DNA of 64,000 nucleotides from Mobula hypostoma (lineage: Eukaryota): assembly GCF_963921235.1 (NCBI RefSeq), contig NC_086101.1:7938001-8002000 (forward strand). Direction: 5' to 3'. Of the stretch, positions 12,595 to 26,267 are shown in pieces; the stretch's first letter is position 1; each line of letters begins with the position of its first letter. Both the position numbers and the translations under genes were made by a program. The notes beneath the pieces are model-generated. The model was given only the letters and a program-made list of their open reading frames with translations. It did no database searches and was not told where the DNA came from.

Positions 12595-12911
12595 TTTTTT
12601 TGTGATTTATTTTTTGTTGAAGTTCATCATCAAACAAAAATTTCCATAAGATGTCTTTCAGATACTGTACATATATATCATATAGTCATATTTGTCACAT
12701 ATCTCCAAATAATATTTATCTGAAGTATACACTTATAGAAAGGAGAGGAAAGAAAGAACAATCAAAAGAAGAAAACTATGTACAAAGCAGGGAGTGATCC
12801 ATTTTTTTTACAACATATTCATTGACTTGTGAGAATAAAATCAGGCCAATGAGGTGTTATGTAGTTAAAGCATTTTTCCCGGTATGAATCAAATTGTTCC
12901 AACTTATGATT

Positions 12912-14969
12912 AAGATTTCCCTTTATGCTGATGATCTCTTAGTTTATATTTCGAATCCTGAAGAATTTATTCCTAGTTTATTGAAATTATTAAATGAATT
13001 TGGAAAGTTTTCAGGATATAAATTAAGCCCGCATAAAAGTGAATTATTTCCTTTAAATGGTTCTGCTTTTATATATGATGATTTTCCTTTTAAAGTTACG
13101 GATTTTTAAAATATATTTAGGTATTATCATCACTAAAAATCATGGAGATCTTTATAGAGCTAATTTAGTTCCCTTAGTGGATTTTATGAAGCAATTAATT
13201 TTTTAAATAGAATCCTCTTACACTTTCGTTAGTTGGTCGAATTCATGCAGTTAAAATGACGATCCTACCAAAATTTTTATATGTATTTTAAAATATTCCA
13301 ATTTTTTAACTAAGAAGTTTTTTTGATCAGGTTGACTCTATTATTTCATCTTTTGTTTGGAATAATAAAAGACCAAGAATTGGAAAAAGTCATTTACAAA
13401 AATTAAAAAAGGATGGAGGTCTTGCTTTGCCTAATTTAAGAATGTATTTTTGGGCGGTTAATATACGCTATGCGTGTTCTTGGTTATATTGGACCGATAA
13501 AAATGAACGTCCACCATGGGTTGACTTGGAATTGAAAGCTGTGAAACAATTTTACTTAAGTTCGTTATTAGGAGCTTCTTTACCTGTACAACTAACCAAA
13601 ATTTCTATTTTAAATATTAAACCGATGATTAAACAGTCATTACGAATTTGCTACCAGTTTCGTAAGTTTTTTAATCTTAAAAAAATTAAACTTCTTAGTT
13701 TAATTTATCGAAACTATTTGTTTAAACCTTCACTTAGTGATCCTACCTTTTCTCTGTGAAGGAATAAACGAATTTATACCTTTATGGATTTGTTTCAAGA
13801 AGGCCGATTGATGTCCTTTGAGAAATTAGTAGCAAAATACTCTCTCTCATACTCACACTTTTTGCAATATCTTCAGGTCAGACATTTTTTACAAGAATAT
13901 TTAAATAATTTTCCATATATACAAGATTCTGACCTGTTAGACACTATTTAAAAAATTAACCCTTTAGTGAAATGCTTTATTGGGAAAATTTATAATTTAC
14001 TATTACAACAAGATAATTATCCTCTATTTAAGATTAAGCAAGATTGAGAAAGAGAGTTTAACAGGACCTTGATGACAGAGGATTGGTTGTGAATTCTGAA
14101 GTTGGTTAACTCTTCTTCGATTTGCGCCAGTCATTCTTTGATTCAATTTAAAATTGTACATCGTTATCATTTGACAAAGGAGAGACTGTCTAAAATTTTT
14201 CCTAATGTTAATAGTCAGTGTGATAGATGTAAAACTGAGATAGCTAGATTGACACATATGTTTTTACTGTGTTCTGTACTGAAACAGTTTTGGAAATCTA
14301 TTTTTTCTGCAATTTCTAAAGTTTTAAAATTAATTTACAACCTAATAAATTGACAGTTTGTTTGGTATAATTCCTCAACATATTCATGGTATTTCTATAT
14401 CAGACCAATATGTAATTGCATTTGTTACACTATTGGCTAGAAGGGCTATTTTATTAAAATGGAAAGATGCCTCTGCTCCCATTTTGATACGATGGTTCTC
14501 TCAGGTGATGTTATGTCTCAGTTTGGAAAAAAATCAGAAGTCGAACTTTTGATCCTAGATTGGACCTTGAGAAAAGGTGGGGCTCTTTTGCCTGCTACTA
14601 TCATTTGATTTGAGTTCATTAAGGTGGTTCCATTCTGATTCTTGGGTAAATGGATTTGGTTGGCGGATTGATGTCAATTTTTATGGAAGCCTTTATAGCT
14701 CCGGGTTTGTGTTCCAAATGTGTGTTTTTTTGTTTGTTAGCTTTTTTTTTGTTAGTTAGTAGGGTTTCTTTTTTTCTTCTTTCTTTTCCCAAAAAACAAT
14801 AGCTTTAGCATTTTGTATTTTTTTAAATTATTATTATTGATATACTGTTTAGCTTGGTTAATAGTTTGACTCTTATTATACAAATTGATACATTGACTTG
14901 ATTATTTTTATTTTTTTATTGTTGTCAATTTTCAATAATAATTAATAAAAAGATTAAATAATGAAAAGG
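12912..14969 (+). mobile_element. 5'-truncated L1-clade LINE (RT core to 3' UTR) inserted in the minus-strand L1
   Basis: KISLYADD, FSGYKL, GGLALPNL, QFKIVHR, CDRC..LTHMF and LLARRAILLKWK; T-rich 3' UTR with AATAAA. Confidence 0.88.
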
Positions 14970-16074
14970 AAAGATGTCTTGCAGGGCATTGTGAATCCCA
15001 CTCCATTAGTCTTTGATAACGGGGTATTCTCAGAAAATATGATAATAGTTTGCATTTTGATTTCCACGATTTCTCCAGCAAACAGGGAGGTTACTGTCAT
15101 AATGGGATTTCTGAGAGGGTTTATTAAATATCTTATCAAGTTGTTCCACCCGAACTCCCTCCATTTCTGTGAACTGGTACACTTCCATTGATACCTCCAT
15201 ATTATTGTCCAGTCTTCCTCAGATATTATAATCCCTCCTTCCGTCTCCTATTTTGTTTTAATGTATGAAGTCGAATGTGTTTTAAGATTTGACAAACCCT
15301 TATACACGCTGGAAATTATTCTACTACCGTTGTCTGAATTATATGCTTTTCTAAATAGCTCTATCAAATATGTACTTGCCTTGGTTACATTTTTAAGTGT
15401 CCTATTAACATACTGTCCCATCTGTAAATATCGACAAAAGCCTTGTTTTTCTAATAAGTGTTTCTCTTTGAGCATTTCAAAACTGAACAGTGTTCCTTCT
15501 TTCATTATATTGCATATTGTTGTTATTCCTTTAGCTGTCCTGTCCTTAAATCTGGCAACCACTCTGTTCGGTGTAAAATCCGAGTCATATGCACACCATT
15601 GCAATGTCTTTCTCTAGTTTATATTCTTTTACAATAGTTTTCCATATTTTAAGAGTCCATTTCACCCATGGGTTATCAATAGTATTTATGTAACTTTGTA
15701 GGTTGTTATCAGCCAAAATTGCCTGTGTGGGGATGGAAAGTATCCTCTCCTCAATGTTTTTCCATTGAGCGTCATATGATGGATTGCACCAGCATATCAC
15801 AGCTCCCAATTGTGCTGCAAAATAGTAATCTCTAAGAGAAGGTAGGCCCCATCCCCCATTTCCCTTGGCTAATTGCAAAGTTTTGAGCAGAATCCTAGGC
15901 CTTTTACCTTGCCATATATACCTTGATAGCATCTTGTTGCATTGATGGAATTGATTTTGCTTAATCTCTATTGGTAGGGTCTGAAAGAGATATAGCCGTC
16001 TGGGCAGTATATTAATTTTAATAGACTCAATCCTTGAACTGAGAGCAAGGAAAGGAATTAGGTTCCATCTTGTT

Positions 16075-16759
16075 GCCTGAAGGTGGAATCTCATGTGGAC
16101 AGGGTGGTGAAAAAAGCTTTTGGTATGCTGGCATGTATAAATCAGAGCATTGAGTATAGGAGTCGGGATGTAATGTTGAATTTGTACAAGGCATTAGTAA
16201 GGGCAAATTTGGAGTGTTGTGTACAGTTCCGGTCACCGAATTGTAGGAAAGATGTCAACAAAATTGAGAGAGTGCAGAATAGATTTACTAGAATGTTACC
16301 TGGGTTTCATCTCCTAAGTTACAGAGAAAGGTTGAACAAGTTGGGTCTTTATTCTTTGGTGCGTAGAAGGTTAACGGGGGGACTTTATAGAGGTATTTAA
16401 AATTATGAGGGGGGTATATAGAGTTGACGCGGATAGGCTTTTTTCCATTGAGAGTGGGGGAGGTTGAAACAAGAGGACATGAGTTGAGAGTTAAAGGGCA
16501 AAAGTTTAGGGGTAACATGAAGGGGAACTTCTTTACTCAGAGAGTGGTAGCTGTGTGGAACGAGTTTCCAGCAGAAGTGGTTGAGGCAGGTTGGATGTTG
16601 TAGTTTAAAGTTAAATTGGATAGATATATGGACAGAAAAGGAATGGAGGGTTATGGGCTGAGTGCAGGTCGGTAGGAATAGGTAAGAGTAAGAGTTCGGC
16701 ACGGACTAGAAGCAGCGAGATAGCCTGCTTCCGTGCTGTAATTGTTATATGGTTATATG
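16075..16759 (+). mobile_element. CR1 3' fragment inserted in L1
   Basis: LYKALVRANLECCVQF..ERVQNRFTRM; tail (GTTATATG)x2. Confidence 0.88.
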
Positions 16760-17269
16760 ATGCCCAAATATTTGACAGACTTTGTTTGCCATGCCCAAGG
16801 ATATGTCTCACCAATGTCTTGTACAGCTGTAACCTGACAAATCACCTCATGTACTTAATGCCCCGATCGACGAAGTCCAGAAACCATACACCTCCTTCAC
16901 AACATTGTCTGCCTGTGTCTCTACTCTCAGGAACTATGTACTTGTTCCCCTGGGTATTTCTGTTCTACAACACTCCATACCCTCCATTCCCTGCCTGTTC
17001 ATTTCCCTGTTTAAACGCCTGTTTGAATTGAAGAATTTCAGAGTTGTAAACTTTGATAATAAAATGAAGCTTTGAATCTCTTAAACGTCACGATTGTGTC
17101 TGTTTCCACAGCTCCCTATCCCGGCCGTCATTCCAGGAACAAACCACTCATTGTGTCAGGAAACATTCCTTGAACATCCCGATTCCACTTTGAAACTTTA
17201 CCCTTCACGTGGTGTCCTCAGAGAGATGACACTGACAGGGCCAGTCTCAAAATTAGAAGGACAGTACAC

Positions 17270-19190
17270 GTTGGGATGAATGGCCTGTTCCTGTGCTGTA
17301 CTGTTCCATGTTCAGTGTTCGAAATATCACAGGCAGGGACACCGCAATTTCTTCCCTGGATCCCCACCATGTGACATGGAACATTGGGTCAGATCCCAGG
17401 TTTATTCCACTTTATGTGTTTAAGCTGATCAGACTCCTTTGTAATGTCAGCATGTTTCAGGACATTATTATTCCCCACCCTGAATTCCCCGGCATCCGTC
17501 ACCTTCTCCACAGTAAATACAGATAAGGCAGGATTTATGAGCATTTGGAGAGGCATAAACTGATGAGGGATAGTCATGGTTTTGTCAAGGGCAGGTCTTG
17601 CTTTACGAGCCTGACTGAGATCTTTGAAGATGTAACAAAACACATTGATGATGGTAGAGCAGTGGATGTAGTGTGTGTGGATTTCAGTAAAGTATGATGG
17701 AGCTGGCTGAGTTTACAACTTTCTGCAGCTTTGTGTGCCTTGACCTGTGGACAGCCTCGACCAAACAACCATCACGTTCCTGTCTGATCCCATCAACATT
17801 CACCTTGCTCCAGTTCAGGACGAGTCCACAGCTATTTCCATAACTATTTTATGTTTAACAGAATGATGATCATCTGTCCCAACGTGCCCCCCCTCCCCCC
17901 CCCGCAAATGTCACGTTAAGCACTTGCCCAGACCCATTTCCTGCGAGGAGGTCAAGTTGGACCACTTTCTCTAGTTGGGCATCTACACTTTGCTTTTAAA
18001 ATCATTCCAGTCCATACTCACAAATTTTACCCTGTCAAATCCCTCAACACTATGTCTGTCCCAGTCAACATTATGGCAGCTAAAATCTCTGACTATTACA
18101 ACCCTGGTATTGCAACAGTTATCTGCATTCTCCCTATACAGGGGCTCTTCTGATTCTCACTGACATTTGGGATCCGATAGTACAATCCCAGCAAAATGAC
18201 CATCTCCATATTTCTGACTGCTACCAATGTACTCTCACTGGCCGTTCCCCACAAGGATCTCTCTAAGCGCTGTGGTGATGTTCTCCCTAATCAACATCAC
18301 AACTCCCCCTCCTCTCTGACCTCCACTTCTGTCACGTCCTTTGCATCTGTAGCACAGTGAGGTGGTTTTGATCTTATTCAATGGGACAGCAGGTGTGAGG
18401 GGCTGAACAGCCTCCTCTTGCTGCTATTTCTGATGTTCAGAGCAGTGAACAGACTGAACTGAGGGAGGATAGAAGGGGTCGGGGAATGAATAGAGGTGTA
18501 GAACAGGAGGGTGGTCCCAAGTAAACAGACACCTGGCAAGTGAGCGGCTTTAAAACTGAGTTTGTAAAGGTTCAGGATCAGCCTGTCCTTGTCAGAGTGA
18601 ATGGCGAGACTGGAGGGATGAGGGAACCCTGGCTGACGAGGGTTATTGAGGCTCTGGTTCGGATGGAGTCATAATTCAGGTGAAACCAGCCGGGGTCCTT
18701 GAGGAGTAGAAGGGGTGTGGAGAACACTGAAGAGAGAAAATCAGGAGAGCAAAAGGGGACATGAGATAGCTTTAGCAGGTCAGATAAAGGTGATTCCAAA
18801 TAGATTCTATGAGTCTGTGGAAAACAGTAGGGTAACTGGTGAGGGAATATGTCCCTTGAAGGATCAATGTGGTCATCTATGTGTGGAGACACAGCAGATG
18901 GGTGAGGTCTGAAATAAATACTTCTCATCTGTATTTACTGTGGAGAAGGTGATGGAAGCTGGGAAATTCAGGGAAGGGAATACGAATCTCCTGAAACATA
19001 CCGACATTACAAAGGAGGCTGGCAGGCTTAAACACATCAAGCTGAATAAATCCCAGGGTCTGACCCGGCGTATCCTCTGTCATGGTGGGAATCCAGGGAA
19101 GAAATTGCTGGGTCCCTGCTTGTGATATTTCAAACACTGAACACAGAACAGTACAGTACAGTACAGTACAGGAACAGGCCATTCTGCCCA
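17270..19190. mobile_element. Mosaic of decayed CR1 fragments on both strands
   Basis: HGFVKGRSC..DVV..DFSK near 17570 (+); endonuclease remnants 17780-18350 (-); linker region 18575-19130 (+). Confidence 0.65.
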
Positions 19191-22100
19191 CGCTGTCTAT
19201 GCTGACCATAATGTCATCACATTTGTCTGCAATTGATCTATATCCTCCATTCCCTGTCTGTTAATTTCCCTGTTTAAATGTCTGTTTAACATCACGATTG
19301 TATCTGCTTCCACCACTCCCCATCCCGGCCGCGCATTCCAGGAAGATACCACTCATTGTGTTCAAAAACATTCCTTGATCATCCTGGTTCAACTTTGACG
19401 ATCTTACTTTAAAGCTTTACCCTTCACATAGTGTCCTCAGGGAGATTAGACTGACTGAGACTGTCTCATAATTAGAAGAATAAGAGGTGGTCTCATTGGC
19501 ACAGACACAGTCTCACTGGGTATTGACAGGGTAGAGGCAGGAATGATGTTTCCCCTGGATGGGGTGTGGAACCAGGGGTCACAGACTCACAATCAGAGGT
19601 CGCTTCAGCAGGACTGAGATGAGGAAAAATTTCTCACCCAGTGTGCGGTGAATATTTGGGATTCTCTACAAAATATTTCTGGATTTAAGGGGAACAGCGA
19701 TGATGGGATGGTGCAGGAAACTGAGGTCAATGATCAGCCATGCTCTGAGTGAAGGGCAGAGCAGGAGCAGGGAGCCGAATGGCCACTCCTGCTCCTGTTT
19801 CTCATTTTCTTGAAACACAGATCGATCTTTGTGTCTATTTTTTTGTTATCCAGTCTGTTGGATTACACAGGGGAGCGGTAACCAACGCACTCTGTGTAGA
19901 GCATCCTCTGTACCCCGTGTTGACTGTATTCACTCCACTGTCTCCAATGCATGTAACAGTATGCAGAGTTTGTTCTATTCATTGTTTTTGTATCCAGTGA
20001 GAAACACGTCTGTGTAAGCGCCCGGGACACTTTACTGCATTTACACAGCGACTGTACCAAAATACAAGTTGTTGTTGTTCACTTCTGCGTCCACAACTGC
20101 TGAACATAGAACATTGAACAATACAACATAGGAACAGGCCATTCGGCCCACAAGACTGTGCTGAACATTGTGCCAATTCAATCTCATCCCATCTGCCGTC
20201 CATGGCCAACAACCCTCCATTCCCTGTCTGTTCATGTGTCTGTCTAAATGCACTGAAATGTTCTTGTTTTATCTGCTTCCACCACCTTCCCTAACAGCAC
20301 GTTACAGGCACCGACCATTCTCTGTGTAAAACAAACTTGCCACATCAATCTCCTTTAAACCTTCTCCTCTCACCGTATATTTACTCCCTATAGTAATTGA
20401 CATTCCCACACTGAGGATAAAGAGACTCCAGCTGTCTATCATATCTGTGTCAGTTGGTGACTGTTTCCTCCACACCGTGTTCCCAGACTTCTGTACCTTG
20501 TGATCCCCTCAGTCTGTGAGCCCCCTCCCTGGTAAGGAGACGGGGTGTGGACTAGACAAAGACTGCTGGGTGAACTCAGCGTATCAACCAACGTCTGCAG
20601 AGGCAAAGGGATGGCGGAGATTCACGGTGCAGGATTGCCACCTGCTGCCCGAAACCGGTACTGCAGGGAGAACTGCGAGGTTTAAATATATCATCAAAGT
20701 ACATTTATTGCATGTCACCATGTAGTGTCTTGAGATTCATTTTCATTCAGGACAAAAATGTACAATGGACTTTGTGAAAAAAACTATGCTTAAACAAAGA
20801 CGGGCAAACAGCCAATGTGTAAAAGAAGTCAAATCATGAAAATAATAGCAATGAAAATATAAATAACACAGAGAACATGAGATGTAGAGTCTTTTAAAAT
20901 GAGACTCCAGATTGTGGAGTCAGTTCAGTTTTGTTGTGAACAGCTGTCCACGCTGGTTCACGAACCTGATTGTTGTAGTGTAATAACTACCTGAAATATG
21001 ACATGGATATGGGGGTTAATTGGAAACCGTGTATTGTTCCTTGTGCGTGTCTGTAGTAGATTCTGGAGAGAGTTAATGAGATCACAGGGAGAATATTTTC
21101 AAAATACTGTCTATGACAGCCAAGGACTCTTTGATATACCACTGGCTGTTACCAGGAATTCGAGTGTTAATAGGTATCTGCTGTCAGATCATCAAAGCAG
21201 TTTCGTATGCTCAATAATTGCTGGTTTTCCAATGTAACAAGATGTCCTTCAGTGAATGCTGATGACTAGCACATAAGAACATAAGAAATAGGAGCAGGAG
21301 TCGGCCATCTGGCCCATCGAGCCTGCCCTGCCATTCAATAAGAGGATGGTTGATCTGTCCGTAAACTCAGCTCCATCTACCTGCCTTTTCCCCATAACCC
21401 TTAATTCCCCTACTACGTAAAAATCTATCTAACTGTATCTTAAATATATTTAGTGAAGAAGCCTCAACTGCTTCCCTCGGCAAAGAATTCCACAGATTCA
21501 CCACTCTCTGGGAAAAATGTTTCTCCTTACTTCCGTGCTAAATCTTCTCCCCTGAATCTTCAGGCAATGCCCCCTAGTTCTCGTCTCACCTACCAATGGA
21601 AGCAACTTTCCTACTTCTATCTTATCTATCCCTTTCAAAATCACCTTGCATAGACTGATTTGTCTCCGCGGGCGTGCATGTCCTGTTTTCAGAACCCAGC
21701 TAAGGAATTTGTCACATACGAAAAGCTTCATTGAATGCTTAGATACAGTAAGACATTTAGATGAACAAAGCGGGATATTTTTTAATTATCAGAAACTTGA
21801 CAGCCGACAGGGTCCTCTCAACCATTTATGCCCATTTATGTAGCTGTGTTAAGCACTAACGCCAGTACTAGACATATTGCTAATTAAGGGAAGGTACAGG
21901 GTATTAACAACTCAGATATTTTTAACCTTTTATTCAAAATTTTCTTCTACAATTGTTGATTTCTTTGGACGCCATTGATTACAGCTCAATTGTGTGGTAG
22001 AATCTTGATGGAGTTGATGAGAATGCAGGAGGACACTTCTGAACATAATCTCTATTATTAATAATGTAGATAGACATTTGATAACTTTTGATATACTGGC

Positions 22101-25100
22101 TGTTACCACAGACTCAAACGTTAACAGCCATCTGCTGTAAGGCATGGTCAGACGGCACTGACAGTAGACTCGGTAATACTGAGTCCCTTGTCTAAGAAGG
22201 GATGTGTTGGCACTGGAGAGAGTCCAGAGGATGTTCACAAGAATGCCTCCAGGTATGAAAGAGTTAAGGCATGAGTAGTGTTTTTACAGCTCTGGGCCTG
22301 TGCTCAATAGAGCTCAGAAGAACGTCAAGGGACCTCACTGAAATCTTTCTTTCTTTATTAATCTTTTTATTGATTTAAAAACAGCATATATACAAAGAAG
22401 AAGAGAATTATCTCAAATATACACATCAATAACAATACAAACTGAAAGTGAAATAAACATTATCAAAATCATACACAGTGTTAAGCTAATATGTAGTATA
22501 TAATAAAAAAGACAGCTAATTCTCCTGTTATAAATTCGTAAAGAGAAAAAAAACTATAAAATTTTAAATAAGAAGACCCCCCCCCACCCCGACTACACTA
22601 TATGAAACAAAAGGGGTAAAAAGTGTCTAGTCAAAAGTAAAACTTCGAAAAAAATTGGAAGAGGAATAAATCAAATCGAATGAAAATATCGAATAAAAGG
22701 TAGGCAGATTTGTTCAAAGTTAAAGGATGTATCAAATGTCCGACTTCTTATTGTCTCTAAACTTAAACAAGACACAATGGAGGAAAGCGAATAAAAGACA
22801 GTAGCTGGATTAGAATCCTTCCACTTCAATAAAATGGCTCTCCTAGCCAATAAAGTTGAAAAGGCTATCATACGTTGAGCAGAAACAGGAATATTTCCTG
22901 CTTCCGATGGGATAATCCCAAAGATTGCCGTAAGTAAATTAGGTTGTAGGTGCAGATCCAAGACATTTGATAGCGTTTTAAAAGCATCTCTCCAAAAATT
23001 ATCTAGCTTTATGCAAGACCAAAAGATATGAGCTCAAGTGGCCACCTCAATATTACATCTGTCACAAATAGGATTGATGTTGGAGAAAATACGTGCTAGT
23101 TTATCCTTTGACATATGGGCCCGATGCACCACCTTGAACTGTATCAGAGAATGGCGGGCACAAATAGATGAATTATTAACAAAATGAAAAATTTTACTCC
23201 TTTGATTATTTGAAAATGACTCTTGAAATTCCAGTTCCCAAGCATGTTTAATTTTATGGTTAGATATCGTTCGTAAATTCAATAACCGTTTATAAATTAT
23301 AGCTATCAACCCTTTTTGAAGTAGTTCAAGCTGAAATAGAGCATCTGTCATATTAGGTGGATAAGCAGAAGGGTAATCTGGCAGCAAACCACATATAAAA
23401 TTCCTAATTTGTAAATATCTGAAAAACTGTACATTAGATAAATCATATTTATCCACTAATTGAGAAAAAGACGTTGAACAATCCCCTAAAACAATTCTGA
23501 AAAAGTTGTTATTCCCTTGTTTTTTTTAATTAAAAAGGCCTTATCCAAAATTGATGGTTTAAAAAACATAATTGAAATAGATATTACTAGAAAGAACAAA
23601 ATTATTTAACTCAAGAAATCTGCGAAACTGAAACCAATTTCTTAATGTATGTTTAATAACCGGATTAAAGTCTTGTCTACTAAACTTAGACAGCAAAAAA
23701 GAGAGAGGAGCTCCCAGTAAAGAGGCCAAAGAGAACCCTTTCATCAAGTTTTCCTCCAAATCCAACTGTGAAGGACAATCACGTATGTCTGAATAATGAT
23801 TGCTGAAGTAATATATCAAATATTAATTGCCTAATAATACATTCTAAAATTTGGCAAAGCCATACCACCGTCCTATTTTGATTTCTGCAATAAGGGTTTA
23901 CTCAATCTAGGATTTTTATTAATCCAAAGATAATAGAATATTATGGAGTCTATTCTGTCAAAAACGTGTTAGGAACAAAGGAAGAAACTGCCTGAAATAC
24001 ATAGAAGAATTTCGGTAGAACTATCATTTTAAAAGCATTAATTCGATCTATTAATGATCATGTCATAGGTGACCATTTAGAAAGCATTTCTTGGTGTAAT
24101 CAATTAATGGGAGAAAATTATATTTATACAGGTCCTTAGATTTAAGAAGTTGTTGCTCAAGGGGAAATGTCAAAAGCAAATCATGCTATGTTCGGGGTTC
24201 CACCCATTCCTTAAAGAGATCTTCAACGGGCATTACTGAATAAACTTTATATATTTCCTTAAATCTGTTAGTAATCACTAAACGTTCTGCCTTGGTTTTC
24301 CTTCTTAAACCTACTGAGTATGAAATTATCTGGCCCCTAAGAAAAGATTTCATCGCATCCCAAATAACTAAGTTTGACATTCCCTCAGTTGTATTTTATT
24401 CAAAAAATAGAGAAATTTGCTCTTTAATAAAATTTACATCGGTTGAATCTTGCAGCAATGTAACATTAAATCTCCATGGAGGTATCTTCAGAATATTATC
24501 AGAAAACTTCAAAGTTAGTTTCATAGTTTCATTGGTGCATGATCCGACAACGCAATCAGATCATATGCACAATCAGCAACAGAGGACACCAATCGCGTGT
24601 CCAGCAAAAAATATTATTTATGGTATAGATGTGAAAAAAAAAGAAAAATCCTTATCTTTAGGATGCCCCTGCTTACAATGCAATACGTTACCACCGCCAA
24701 AAAGACATAACAAAGGGTACAATTTTTTTTTCATATTATGTCTAAGAATAGTTAACACCTAACTAACGGCGGCCATCTTAAATTCATTTAAAATATGTAA
24801 CCATGTATTCAAAAAACGATAAATCCAACCAACTAATATACTACAACTAATGTTAAGGACTTACAAATCAAAGAAAAAAATAAGTAAATATATATAAAAA
24901 ATCCAAAACTTTATTATCTATGAAAGAAAACAACAACAGATCTAAGTAAGTTAACCAAGTCCATGTCTGGGCACTCATAAAACGTGAAGCGGTCTTTCAT
25001 CAAAGCTAAGTATTAACTTTTCAAATTGCTTGCGAAATAGGCGTAAACTCCTTTATAAATGTCCAACCGTCTTCTGGGGAGTCAATCCGTTTTGGACGAG

Positions 25101-25248
25101 TATTACGTGGAGTAATTATCAGGCGAGCCGGATAGAGCAGAGAGGAACGACAGTTAATCTTATAAAGTTCAGCTATGACTTCCCGATATTTAATTCTTTC
25201 AGCATAAATCTCTGGGGTAAAATCTTCAACTATACAAATCCTTACTTC

Positions 25249-26137
25249 TGTTACATACCTCAAGGACATCTGCGAGTTTTGTTTGTGAGAATGTTGTAAT
25301 GGTCTTTTGGAGGTCACCTGACGTAATTTTCCCGCCGACGTGAGGTCAGGTGAGGACATGTGCCCCACGGGTAGATAAGGGAAGACCTCAGATGATGCAA
25401 GTAGATTTTAGTTTTTTTAGTTTTTCGTTTTCCAGCTAGAACGTGCGGCTGTGTCTCCGTTTCTGTTGCGTATTTGTTTTTATGACGCAGTTTCATTTTT
25501 AAAACGGAGTGTTACGTTCTGTTGCAAGGTATAGAAATGCTGGACTGGCAATGTTTGCTAGATGTGTTGCTGTGCCTTTTTCCAGCAGTATTAGAGAGTG
25601 AAGACTTCATCGAAGTACCGGATATGAAGAATTAATATAAGTCGGGAATGTTCGGCAGTTTAACAAAGGATCGATCTTATTGTTTCTTCGTTGAAGTAGC
25701 GACCTGCATTGAGAGATAACTCTTGCCAAAAGAGCAAGGAAGTTCATGCGGGATTTGCTCTCTAGAAGAAATTAAGGTCAGTTGTTTTAAGCAGTTTATT
25801 TCCTGCATCGTGAATCCTTTGGACGGAACCAACAGGAAAGTCTCGTCCATGAAGAAATCCTTGTCCAGAGAAGTCTCTCCCAATTGAACGTATAAATCTG
25901 TTGGACTTTTGAATTTACCATTTTAAGAACTGTATTTGACTTTACCGCTTTAAGAACTGTTTTGGCATTTAACGCTTTAAGAGCCAGTGCCGAGTGACGA
26001 TTTGTTGAACTGCCGCATAGCGGTTAACTTCCGGTTAAGGTTTTCGTTTGTTTCTTTATTGTTTATCCGTGTTTAATAAATGTTTGGTTGTATTTAACCG
26101 GTCTCGATTGATATTCATTGTTAGCAGTTACGTAACA
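25249..26137 (+). repeat. 5' LTR (889 bp)
   Basis: Direct repeat of 30484-31358 with TG..CA ends; AATAAA at 26075-26080. Confidence 0.95.
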
Positions 26138-26144
26138 TAATTTG

Positions 26145-26160
26145 TGGGGGCTCGCAGGAT
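26145..26160 (+). other. Primer-binding site, tRNA-Pro-like
   Basis: TGGGGGCTCGCAGGAT resembles the tRNA-Pro PBS TGGGGGCTCGTCCGGGAT; starts 7 nt after the LTR end. Confidence 0.75.
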
Positions 26161-26267
26161 ATGTTCCGATTTTGAGTTTAAGTGCTGGTAATTGCCATTC
26201 TGATTTGCAAAAGGAAAATACCAGATTTATTTTAGTTTGATTGCTGTGTGAGTGGTATTCGGCAACA

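Larger units (their letters stand above)
12595..16805 (-). mobile_element. 5'-truncated L1-clade LINE (ORF2 C-terminal half), itself interrupted twice
   Basis: KYLGI, RWNLIPF..RIESIKINILPR, GGWGLPSL and Cys-rich C-terminus; A-tail at 12595; 15-bp TSD. Confidence 0.85.

Noticed and set aside
25021..25368. 115-aa ORF as a gene
   Set aside because: Antisense LTR sequence fused to the L1 ORF1 C-terminus at the insertion junction.
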